From the NCBI GenBank assembly GCA_051294905.1, contig CM119372.1:36210001-36274000 (forward strand): 64,000 bases of DNA. Reading direction: 5' to 3'. The DNA is from Botryllus schlosseri (Eukaryota). Below, in pieces: positions 26,502-38,514 of this stretch; the first letter of the stretch is position 1, and every line of letters begins with the position of its first letter. The notes beneath the pieces are model-generated. The model saw only the letters and a list, made by a program, of their open reading frames with translations. It had not been told where the DNA came from and did not search any database. Position numbers and translations under genes: made by a program.

Positions 26502-29351
26502 TTATCCAAATGTGTATATTATACGCGTCCGGTCTAAAGCAACGCAAAAAGAGATGAACCTTTTAGGAAATCGCGTTGTATGTCTCGTTTTACGAAACCC
26601 ATATAATACCACATGTAATTAGAATCGAAACATCTCAACTCTATGCATTCTGTCAAATCGGTACAATTTTATAATACGGGTTCCTGGGTATGCCATACAC
26701 AGGTCTCGAAGATATTGTTATCATAATGATACCAATAAAAATATTTATTAACTATAACTGTTCAACAAAATCAGAATATTGGTTGCAGACTCGTGGTTTC
26801 AATTAGGTTGTGATTGTGGTGCTTTAATTCATGCTTTAATTAACACAGAGACATGAAATTTTATCAAGCCGTAGCGAACACGATAAGTAATATAAAGTGA
26901 AGGAATAAGGGCACCAAATTTCAATGTATAGATGCATATTTATGCGGAAATGTCGTCTTACCGGACGAATACAATTGCTTCCTTAAAGTTTCCCTGTCTA
27001 CGCCATTCAAGCGCGGTAAGATCAGTTTGAGTTGGCGACATTCAGGATGATATTTCACGAAGCTCTGAATGATAGTCACATATTCCTCGTCGATTCTTGT
27101 TCTATCGCTGTCACTGAGGTCGAATACCTTTAGCTGTTCATTGAATAATTGAATATTAGGCGGTTTAGATCAATTTCAGTAACGAAATCTAAACTACATT
27201 GCTTTATTGAGATGCATGAGAGAGCAGAAAGAACTCACTGTAGGGCATAGCTCCCCCATCTCTTCGCTAAGATTCCTGATTTGTATGGAAAGCATCTTGC
27301 AATTACTCAGATTGAATTCTTCAACGCGGGTTTTGTGCAGGATTTCAGTTACTGTTTTGTAGCTGGATGAAATTTCAGGATTTCTACTCAAATCCAGCGA
27401 ATGCAGCTATAACATAGTGTGATGTTCAGATATTTTACGGCGCTACAAACCACACAGTTGCTGTAATAACAATATTTATCGGCGACAGAGTAATTTGATC
27501 AATTTCGGCGCCTCATCGCAAAACTAGTGTAATACAGAAAAAATAATAATGAGCGTCGATAGGATATTGAAGAAACTATCGAAACTACCATTAATATGAA
27601 TAAGCTATAGAAAACCTTCCGCTTAGAAGCAATGACACTTTTTTATCGCCAGACGTGATCAGGAATGCCTTATTGATGATAAATTCGCTCGCAAAATGAA
27701 ATGCCATGCCTGACTATATGATTGGAACCCACATTAGTATTACATTATGCTTTATTATTTCACTTGTAAGAAAACAAGACAGATCTATAGCTAAAATGGA
27801 TCACCTTATGATTTCCGAGACCATTATTCAACGACACTAATGACTGTTCATCCAATTCGCAAGCTGAAAGTCGAACTTCCTTCGTGTTATGCCTTTTCAC
27901 GAAGCGTCCGATTTCTTGCAATCCTACCGGTTCCAAATCCGTATTGTAACTTAGATCGAGTTTTTCAACCTACAAAATACAGCAAATTATTCTGAAAAAG
28001 ACACGCAAAATTGTGGAAACGAGTGGCTACCTCGATTTCACCAAAACATTCAAAAGCATCGATTTCATCGGGTGTAAGGTCGCATCCTTTCATCACAAGA
28101 GTAACCGCTTTGTCTTTAGAAAATAAGGGGGGCAGTGCATTCATACACTCTTCATCCAAATGATTATAACTGATGTCAAGATATTGTAGCTAAACGAATA
28201 TGAGAAACTGACAATTTACGACCACAATTAATCAGAGATGAAGATGAACACTACAAACTTATAACAGAGAAATGTTGATTAGCCAGTCACGTCATAATAG
28301 ATTGGTGAAATGTTCTGAGATAAAATAGAATTTCTGTGATTCGTCTCAAATGAACTCTGTGCAACCACCAATAAAGAATGTGACTCTTGACCACTACTCA
28401 ACAACAATCGCCCAAGACCCATACCTTACTGTTTTTGACCTGCATGGCGACAAAATCCTTTGACTGCAAGTGCGAGTTCACAAGTGACAAACAGGTTAGA
28501 TCGCTTGAAATAATAGTCTCGAGTTGCGTAAAGTCGATGTTTTCGCCGTAGCTGAGATCGAGTTTTTCCAATTTCACCTATATGGGAAGATCTCATTTGG
28601 AAAGGATTTATACTAGTTTAGTCTCCGGATTTTTCCATCGCCAATACCTGATGTTGCCTGATAAGTTGACTCAAAACGAGCAGAAAATCGCTAGATCCGC
28701 TACACTCCCCCAGATTGAGTTCTGTCGAACCACACTCGTTCATCAACTCGCAGATGGCTGGTAAGAGGTTGTCAATGCCCTCGTGGGCTGTGACGCTGAG
28801 TTTTTTTATTCGGACCTTTACAAATGCAAAACTTTCCTCCGTAAAGCAGTAATTGAGGTGATGAATAATCAACCCCCTCATCAGCTCTCACTAGTCTCTA
28901 GTACGACTATTGCAATAAATGGCTACACTGGTGCGCAATTAAGCGTTGTTCGGTACGATACCTTCAATTCCCCCCGTAATAACAATATCAATATGAAACA
29001 ATGCGGTCATGATGAAAGTTTTTTATTTAAGCCACCTCTGTATATTATACGGATATCATGCTTAAATTGAACGTGGATTATAATGTTCACTTGCTCAGTG
29101 ACTGTGAGCGGAATGTGTGAATGTGTTTACCTCAAATGCAAAATCGCGAATTTGGTCCAATATCATCTTTACAAGGTTCTCATTAAGATGGCTTTGGCGG
29201 AATTCTAACTCGTACATGCGAGAGTTCTCCATGAGACCATTCACAATATTCTTTACATCCAATTCGGTCGTAGTTTTATGATAGATCCCATAAGGAATTT
29301 CAACTTCATCATGATCCATAAGTATTGATTGATGGTACATCCTCTTATCAC
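26502..29351 (-). CDS. Spliced ribonuclease-inhibitor/NLR-type LRR gene, right-arm copy (about 408 aa from the ATG at 29340; true 5' end uncertain)
   Basis: Mirror of the left-arm exons, with TCA (Ser) at 28506-28508 in place of TGA. The LRR exons are 153-172 nt and mostly phase 0. Confidence 0.8.
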
Positions 29352-32162
29352 CTTTAGTATATGTGGTATATCGTCATTAATTAATGATCAGAAAATAAAA
29401 TGAATATTCATTCCAATAAAATTCCAATGTGATTTTTGTGTTGGACTATTTTCAATATTTCGATAAGTCGGATAAAATAATGATACGTGCCAGATAAACT
29501 GAAGCAGTGATTTTTTTTAAGCAATAATTCCATTGTTGGATTATTTGAATATTCCGATACGCCAGATAGAAATAATCAGAGGTCTTGACATATTCAAGCT
29601 CGAGATTGCTCGACTACAATGTATAGCGTTAGGTTTACGGTGTGTAACCAACCAATCTCGGTTTTGTAGCAGTAGAATATAGAATGAAGTCAATTATTTA
29701 TTTCGACCTAAACTTTTCTGTACCTTTGGAATCTTGTAATTAGGTGTTTCATATGAAGATAGTAATGAGTAATAACCATTTACATTGTGGAGGGGATCCC
29801 TGCCGCGATTCTATTATTACCATGTTATCGCTATTATACTTGTGTCATTGTAAGACAGGTGGTTCGAAAAATTGAAAAAAAAAATGTCAATAAACTGATT
29901 ATCCAGAATATAGGTCATTCATCGCGTTATAGAAAGCCATTGTAGGTAGAAAATTGGATTGGGATCGTTTCGGGCAAGTATATGCTTCTGAAATCGAAAT
30001 CGATGCTGTATTTTGGAAGGAATGTATGGATATATTTCCAGTATGGCACGCTTACCAAACGATACATGCTAAGGATGTCGAATTTCGATTACAATTTGAC
30101 GACAAGTTGCTAAAATAATCGAATTAATGTTACCAAATCAAGTTCTTTTAGTGGATCGAATTTTCTGATGACAAATATTTAAGTGGATAGAAATAGAAAG
30201 ATTTTAGCAATAACTTATGAACAGCAATACCATTCTCATTAACCCGATTTTGGAGTAGTCAATATTGGGATTTATTTGATGTTCTGTATTCTACCTATAA
30301 CTCAAGTCTACCCGAATAAGCTCGACGTAGCAAACATATTTCAATTTGCTTTCGTGATGATTAAAGTGCTTGTAAACATTTAGCACGCGGCGTAGAGAGG
30401 ATGCACGGAATTAAGTATTAACCAATCAGTGGTGTGCCAAATCACGCAGCTATCAACCAAGTGAGTAAACGCCGCTTTCAGGGAAAACAATATAACTTGT
30501 AGGATACAGATCCACACCAATGAAGCGCGGCGGGACAGTATCCATATCATGACGCAAAGGAATGCTGCGTCGAGTTTGGTGTGATCCAATTCTACCTAGT
30601 GTCACACAAAAACATAAATGTAATATTTAATGAGTGATATCGTGGAAATAATAACGCGGCGAACACTATTTGGGGTAAACGTTAATGTCAGTGCTTTCGG
30701 TGTGAGTATGCGATACTTTTAAATACGTGTGTTGTGTTGAGTGGGCGAGACCCTTGTCACCAGCGTCTGCTAAATCAGAACTGTTGCTGCCTGAGCCTAT
30801 ATACCCTGTAGTAAAATGTTAGGAATTTAATACCAACTCGAAATCATATTACCCAAGCAACGCTGTTTAGTGTTCTAGATTTCGTAATGACAATTATTTT
30901 GGAGAAGAGAAATGAAAAAATGCATCAATACTACTCACGAACATCGAGACAAAATACAGTGTAGTCGATATCTCCGATTACCGTTCTGCATTCTACATAT
31001 AAGGTAAGTCCACCTGATTAGATTGTATGTAATAATCATTTTATCAATCGGTTTTGCGATGATGGAAGTGTTTTTGATAAATCTGTAGACCCAGAATGTT
31101 TTACATAGGGCACGTTAGATAGTACGAAAGAATTCAAGCATTATTCAACCCTGCGACATGCAAAATCGCCCACACGCTATATGCTCGCGCAACTTTTATT
31201 TTATCATACATATAGCGGCTCAGTTAGATGGACAAGGCATAGCTAAATATAACACATGGCGATCTGTCAGTAATTGGTCTAGTTAGGTTGTGTAAGATGT
31301 TGATATTTCGGATGCAATGGCGATAGCATTTTCCGATACTCAATTTTGACACGGGAAAAACAGATCACTGAATGAGTTGAATTTCAAATCATTTTGCGAA
31401 ATTTTTTTACCCTTGCGACTGCTGTTTCAACTTTAGCCTTTATTAGTGTAAACGATCAGGTTTTGTGAAATATTAGCTGATAATCACGGCATGCCATTCT
31501 GTAATACAGCATCACGATATCTTGCAATATAACTGTTTCACAATACACAATGTTTGATGAATATTTTCGTGTCGCTGCTGAATTCATGAAAGGGTTTGAC
31601 AGACTACTGTAATACTCCGATACCATATTACGATAGATTCAGTATACTGTAGCGGCTGTTTCATGGGAAGCAATTCACGATAGAACCACTATAGTGATTG
31701 AGCGGACCCAGGATGCCAGAGTCAGTTGTCGCGCGGAATATAGGTCAATACACACTCGAACACCTGTTTTCAAAATCCGCACACCATACACAGAGTCATT
31801 AGTTCTATGAAATACACAATGCGCGTCCATGAAGCGCCACAATGACGCTTCTCCGAAGCTCCATAGGCCGATTTTCGACTGCTAGCTAGCTCAAAATGCT
31901 GCGTTTCTGACTTCCGAAATACAACATTCTGGTTTCCGGTATTTTACCTCTCACCAGCGACTAATTATACTACTGTGGACTGTTGTAGCTACTACGGCTA
32001 TAATGCGCCGCACCAAAACACCTGGCAACAGCTATACTTGGCCCTCCACAAAATCAGAACAGAAAAGGCGTAGGCTACCCCAACGTTGGTCTTGGGCCTC
32101 TCACAGAGAGAGGGATATCTTTACCGTTACTTGTGATCACATCCATTCTACTCAGTGCAAGC

Positions 32163-32893
32163 CAGTGGTTCTCAAATTGGGGGCGTGCCCCCGTGAAAGC
32201 TTGAGAAAGGGTGCGCGAAGCCGCCTGAAAGAAAAATATGTTACTCAAACTGAGAACAACCTTTCAACAAAGGAAATATTTTTAATTACATAACAATTCA
32301 AATTTCATGATTGCGTCGTACAGTTTCTACACGGATGTCAAATTTCGTCTGATACCGGACCTTTCACTGATTAGAAGATGTATCACTCCAAGAAGCGCAT
32401 TTTATTATGGCAATCAGTGGAATTATTCTCTTGCCAAACATGGCGAACATTGCGCAGGGAAAAAATGTTTGCCAGTGTAAAAGTGCCAAGTTTAAATGGC
32501 GTACGGCCCGGGCCATTGGTTTTCAATTTAGCTTACGCCCAGGTAGACCTACGTTTGAGTTAAGCTCAAGTGGGATAATAAAATGGATCAGGCACCAAAA
32601 TCGCTAAATGCTGCGTGCTATCACTGCAAATGATTATTTTTGATACGATGTTGAAGTGAAAATTTTTCGCGCTGGGCTTGATTTAACTCCAGCAAATGAA
32701 TATTGCTCCCTATATAATCCGAAATTCTTATTTGACAAGTCTCTCATCAGTTCTAACCTTCCATGACATCAAACTATGCATTATCATTGCAAACATTTGG
32801 TCGTTTTTTTCAATATTTTGCTATGACGATAAGGAGGGGCGCAACATTTTTCACGATAATAACGGGGCGTGTCAAAAGGTTTTGGAACCTCTG
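32163..32893. mobile_element. Degenerate hAT MITE
   Basis: Ends CAGTGGTTCTCAAA...TTTGGAACCTCTG with TSD GTGCAAGC/TTGTAAGC (6/8). Confidence 0.7.
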
Positions 32894-34604
32894 TTGTAAG
32901 CAAAGAGTTCGTGAATAGCTTAATCACGCGAGGCGCGGGAATTTCCTCTAATTCATGACCAAATTGGTCAATGATAATGGTAATTGCGGATATATTGCTA
33001 AAAAATCATCCCATCAGAATTGTTATATTTCCGATAGAGCTGAGTGAGGTGTCGTCTTGGAAAATTCAGGACACGTAATCAACAATTAAATATATTAGGG
33101 CGGGCCTGTTGGAATAATTACTTCGTCACATGTCATAAATTCGTGTCCTATACTGTCTGTTATATAGTGAATAGATATTGAAATCGCCCAAGTGTACTAA
33201 ACTAAAAGCGCACACGATTCCAAACTGGTATTTCTTTACTGGAAAATAGCATGCCTCGGTGGGATGGCATTTGTTTTGTCGGGTATGGATTGTCAGGACA
33301 GCGAAATTCGACACCAGCCATTTAGGTGCCTATGGACAACTTGACATAATATATCGAAGTTTTTGGTGAACGAAGGTCAATCCTTTTCGGCCAAAATTTT
33401 GTCGCCGCCAAATTGTTGGCACATTGTTCGGAGTCCCATGTTAGCCTAAGCTTCATCATGTGTTGGTGCGTCGTGGTGCTGCAATGGTTGATGCCGAAAT
33501 GTCTACTCCTATATAACCCATGCGTATTTCTTAGGGGAATGGCTCCCTCAAGGCATTTAGTGGCACTAAATCGGGCAAAGCGTCGACAAAATTGAAATGT
33601 TGGATGAAGTTTCAACCAGATTACTCTATACTTCATGTTCATTTCACGAAATAACTTTGGGCCCCCTTCAAGCTCGACCCTCTTCAATTGGAGGGTTTGG
33701 GTGCGGTGGTTACAGTTCAGCACAAAATGAATGAATCGAAAACGAATTATCGTGCAAGCTGCGCGATTAAGCGAGTCAGCTCAGACTTTTCAATAGCATG
33801 TCGTCAAATGACACGGCTTGAACTTCAAGTCAAATCGAACATGTTTCCAGGCCTAATGTTACCTCACGAAGTTCTGAATCAGTTTAAAATTTGATTTCAT
33901 ATTTATTTTTATCAATGGACAAGTCTTTAACATATTGCATCTTGAAATTGAGGTATAAAATTGTAATATACCTGGCGGACCGGCAGGAAAGTCGTCGCGG
34001 ACCGGCGGTTGAGAACCACTGATCTACACAGCTAATTAGATACTCAACAAATTTCCACTTGATTTTTAAAACGAGAACGTTAGTTTGGGTTCTATATGTA
34101 TCTGTAATGCTGACTCCTAAACTAGATTTTTTTCTAGCTTATTTTCAATATTTTTTGAGAAAAGCTTTCCTATAGTAGAAAGAGGCTTGTTACCGTGGGC
34201 ATTTCAGATTTGTTTAGGGGGGTTCAATAATTTAGAGCAGTGGTGGGCAATTATTTTCCTCTGCGGGCCAAATGAGAAGTAGAAAATGCGTGGGCCGGCC
34301 GAGTGGGAAATTTAAGCTGTATTCTCCATCGTATTTTAATTATATTTCTAAATTACATTGTTAGTAAATGCTGCTCAGTGAATATGTTGATATTAGGTAA
34401 TGAGAAAGTGACGGTTAGCCTAATTGAAAAATATTTATTTGCCGTCATGATTGGAGACAACGTTGAACATGATGCATTTTGACTCCCTTTAAACCCCTGT
34501 CCACGTTCTTCTATTAAGACTCCAAAACAGTGTTTTTTTTTAGGCACACCTTCCTTCCTTTATGATAATGAAACATTTCGCGCTCCCCATGATCAGATCA
34601 TGAT

Positions 34605-37377
34605 CAGACATGGAGTGATTACTTCATGAATGTAATCGATTGCGATTACGATTGCGATTACGATTACAGCAAAATCAGGAAGTAGTCGATTACGATTACA
34701 TTGGAAAAGTAATCACCATTACTCACGATTACATTTATTTTGCTTCTTAGAACTAAACTCGGAACATATATTGGAAGACAATATAAGGATTGCGATGAAA
34801 AGGCCTAATGAGAAAACAACTTTCTTTTGATTGATGCGTCATTTGTTTGTTACGTCATATTGCACCCATTGCCCTACTTCACAGGGGACGGCACATCGCA
34901 CCCATACGATTTGCATTCTTGCCAGGTCCGTAACTGCCGCTCGCCATTGGGGTGGGGAGCGACCTCAAAGGGGACTCAAAAGTATTTCGTAAACCAACAT
35001 AAATTATAGAGTATTTTCGAGATATTTAATTAATTTTAAAATATTCTTCGAGCTTCGCGATTTAAATGTCTCTAGATAGCTTGTAGTGAATTGAAATGCA
35101 TACCTCTCTCCCTCAAGAAAAAGGCATGCATAATTTATAGCAATGAGGATTTCGTTGCCGGTCATTACCGCGCCACGACACACCAAAAGTCATGCACTTT
35201 CGGCCCACATGCGACATGCTATATTAAAGAAAGAAATTGGTCGAAACTTTGGGTATGTGTCCATTGTCAATAGCCACGCTGGGTGGGTGTGACTAATAGT
35301 CCTGTCCTTCCAATCTGAGCCCACAATACAAATGCCACCTGGGGCATCCACAGAGGAATAAAGACTTGAGAATTTGTGTGTGCGTCTCGCGAAAGTGTTT
35401 TTTTAGTCCGCTACGTTTGGGCGACAACAATCTTTTGAACAGACCGGAGGTAACGAATCATCAACATACAATAAAGTCATATCATAACAACGTACCAGAT
35501 GTTATAATTATGAATTACGTGTCCTCAGCTCTAAATGTAAACCTGGCCATCGGGGGCTGAGAGAGGATCAAAAATGAATAATAATTTAATGCAATTACCA
35601 ATATTATTGACGAAATCCAGTCTTCAACTTGAAAATTGACCGTCCTATGGGGCCCCCAAGACCAACGTTTAACGTGGGGGACGAATAGCTGTTTTAGTCC
35701 TGATTTTAGCTACGACCCACGCTAACATGGGGTATAAGTGGACTGGAATGGCGGCAGGTCCAAATGTTGAGTAAAGAATTACGAAATAACGATTGACCTC
35801 CATTCAAGGATAGTAATACAAGAATAAGAACATAAAATTCTGCCATTCACATAATACAGATACTGTAAGCTGCCATTACGAGAAACAACAAAGAACGGCT
35901 TGGTTATGATATATATCAGCAGCTGCTGATTTTTAATGTTTCGTTGTCGAAATCGTAATGTATTATTTGACGAGTACAAATTTTCAAATCTTTGTCCAGT
36001 ACGTCTGTACGTACTACATAGGCCTGCTGCTTGCCAAGCAGCATAGGTCAAACTGCATTTAACTAAGCATAACCAAACATACAATAAATAAGTTACTATT
36101 TAAAACTAGGCAGAGTTGTGATCATTATCCTGTGGCGAGGTGGTGGCGACTCAAGTGTATTGATAACATGATATACAGCACGGCGGGTGTTCTTACAATC
36201 ACACTACCATCTACATCAAGGATGTCAAACATCCGGCCCGTCAGACGATTTCATCCGAAGTCATTCTGAGTAGATTGAAAATGCTTCTAATATCCAGAAC
36301 ATTTCTAACGACTGTTGAATTTTTTTTGTAGGGATTACTTCCATCAAACAATCCCGCAAGATAGCAAATGCCGAGCATGGTCAGGCCACATTAAAGTCAT
36401 GCGACAGTGGTATTGTATTTTGACTCTATACATCATTAGAAACAAAATCGGCGATATTAGCATCCAATTCCAACACTGGATTCCGAGTTCTATGCCAAAA
36501 ATTACCGAGAAATAGTTTATTCACAGAAACGAAATCGCCAGTGCGAAACTGTTATATTCAAGTTACACGAAAATATACTTCAAATATCCGTAATCGCAGA
36601 TTCGCAGTACTGTTTCCCTTCTGACTCAAAAGTTCCCGGCTTCCAGAGCAAACCGTATCAAGATTTCATATTAGCCTAATGAGCTCAATTTCAACGTCCG
36701 AGTTGACGGTTATATATCCCTTGCAGCCCGGCTAAAACAAAGGGAGCATTGAAATATGCCAACTTATATTGCCGTTAGAGCCACTGTTTCAGTGGTAATA
36801 ACTGCTGTATTTAACCGGTACATCATCGTAATTGCCAATTTTGTTGTTTGGTACTAACGGTGTTGCTAAAATAAAACCCCTATTATCCGTAATGAAAGTG
36901 TTCAAGTGAAATACAAGTCAATGGATTGCGAGCAAACACTATGGAATCATTTGAATAGTGCGGCCCGCGAGCGACTTGGTTGGAGGTTTGTATCCGGCCC
37001 GCCATGCAAGTTGAGTTTGACAATCCTGACCTACATGGATTATATGTGCGGAGACTTCTTACGCAATGACGAGCAAAGCTAATACTTGTGACGTATTAAT
37101 GAGTAGTGGCGTTTGTAAATCAGACGTTTGTATCATCACTCACTTGGTATAATATATCTTCCTTGTTCGCGAATGTTCAGTTTATGTCATAGTCCTTGTA
37201 CAAATGAAAAGTGATCGTACTTTCGCAAAGAAATCGATTAGATATGGGAAGTAGTCGATTACGATTACGATTACTTCGGATTTTTTTCGAATGTAATCGA
37301 TTGCGATTGCGATTACTTGAAAATGCTGTAATCGTCGTAATCGATTATGATTACTAGTCGCGATTACCCCATGTCTG
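34605..37377. mobile_element. hAT family B, second copy (inverted)
   Basis: Ends CAGACATGG...CCATGTCTG with exact TSD ATCATGAT. A single ATCATGAT (empty site) is present in the host paralogue near 1417-1424. Confidence 0.92.
36217..37028. mobile_element. hAT MITE family A nested in family B
   Basis: Ends CAAGGATGTCAAAC...GTTTGACAATCCTG with TSD ATCTACAT/ACCTACAT. Confidence 0.85.
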
Positions 37378-38514
37378 ATCATGATATTACAAAATATTAA
37401 AAAGTGTAACCAGAAAGCTAGCAATCCCAACGGATAGTTTGATGGCATGGAAAGTTCTGCTGTTGCTGAGAGAATTCTGAAATATAAAAGTCGGAGAATA
37501 CATATAGCCAAAACGATACGCCGGGGTAAATCGCGCAGGGCGCGAAAATTTTTTTCAATGAACTTCGACTTCGCGCCACCCTTCTGATGCTTTAACGCCC
37601 CTCAGTTCGAGAACCACGGCACTGAAATGTATATGCAATAGTACAAAGCTTGTTTTCTTGGTCGCTAACTTCCGAGCAGTGTGCACTGTGCAGCTTAAGT
37701 AGCCTTCATGCTGAGTAAAGCTTGCAGTTTTTATGAACTTCGCCCTCTCTAGACCGAGTGTTTCGTGTTTTGGCTTTACTTAATATCCTTAATCTCGGCG
37801 ACATGCTCGGCAAAAACTAAAAGGACGGGTTGACCCCTGACTCCAATATACAAATATTTAGTGCTCTAGTCTAAACCTAAACCTTTGAATTTCAGTTTTC
37901 GGCTTTCATTTTTTGGCATGCCCGTTAATCCTTTATGGGGGATAGATATGATGAGCCGCACAGTAATCGCAAGCACTGATTGATTTGCTTTACGAAGTAG
38001 GGATTTGGAAACATTTTACAAATTAGGGATTTAGAAAGGTATCACGTAACAATTTGAAACACATGCCGTATAATGCACAATGTGGGATTGCCACAGTGAC
38101 AATGGCATCGATGAAGGTTTGAACTAAACTATATTTAAATATTTATTTCTTGTGACTTCAATTGCTAGTCAGTATTTGCTACATTGCCTATATTTTGAAT
38201 CTGGATTACGCATGTGAGGTAAGTAGGCAGCGTGATCGTGGCATATTAATAAACAGGCTTCAAAGTATACAAATTTCCTGTTCATTTGATACAAACTAAG
38301 GTTTTAGTCATTCAAAAAGCTGTTATGTGTTTTGAATTACAAGCAACCTTTCGCGGGCCGCAGAGAATAGATTCACGGGCCGCACTTTGCTCAGGTCTGA
38401 GGCATATTTGTATACGCTAGAGTGCGCATGCTTGACTACATTTCTTGGTCAAATGGTCACGGAAATGGGAATATTCCGGATATAGCTTTCATATGGCACT
38501 GTGTGTGTCAATAG

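Larger units (their letters stand above)
17969..31974. mobile_element. 14-kb palindromic non-autonomous element with Maverick/Polinton-like termini
   Basis: Arms 17969-24684 and 25264-31974 are reverse complements (mirror ORF coordinates sum to 49948). Ends AGTAGTATAATT...AATTATACTACT. GTGGAC lies on both sides (17963-17968 and 31975-31980). Confidence 0.85.
17534..34021. mobile_element. hAT MITE that hosts the giant palindrome
   Basis: Ends CAGTGGTTCTCAACC...GGTTGAGAACCACTG with TSD ATCTACTC/ATCTACAC (7/8). Segments 17650-17960, 31981-32056 and 33098-34021 are collinear with the relative at 52470-53689 plus 59313-59382. Confidence 0.85.
34238..38399. mobile_element. Second copy of the 1055-2391 MITE, split by family B
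   Basis: 34238-34600 and 37378-38399 are collinear with 1055-2391. TSD not recognisable. Confidence 0.8.

Noticed and set aside
17969..31974. Palindrome as a sequencing or assembly fold-back artefact
   Set aside because: The arms differ at about a dozen sites, the spacer is unique, both junctions carry a direct repeat and the host MITE resumes correctly. It cannot be fully excluded without reads.
17969..31974. Autonomous Polinton or endogenous virus
   Set aside because: No long ORFs and no recognisable pPolB, integrase, ATPase, protease or capsid motifs.
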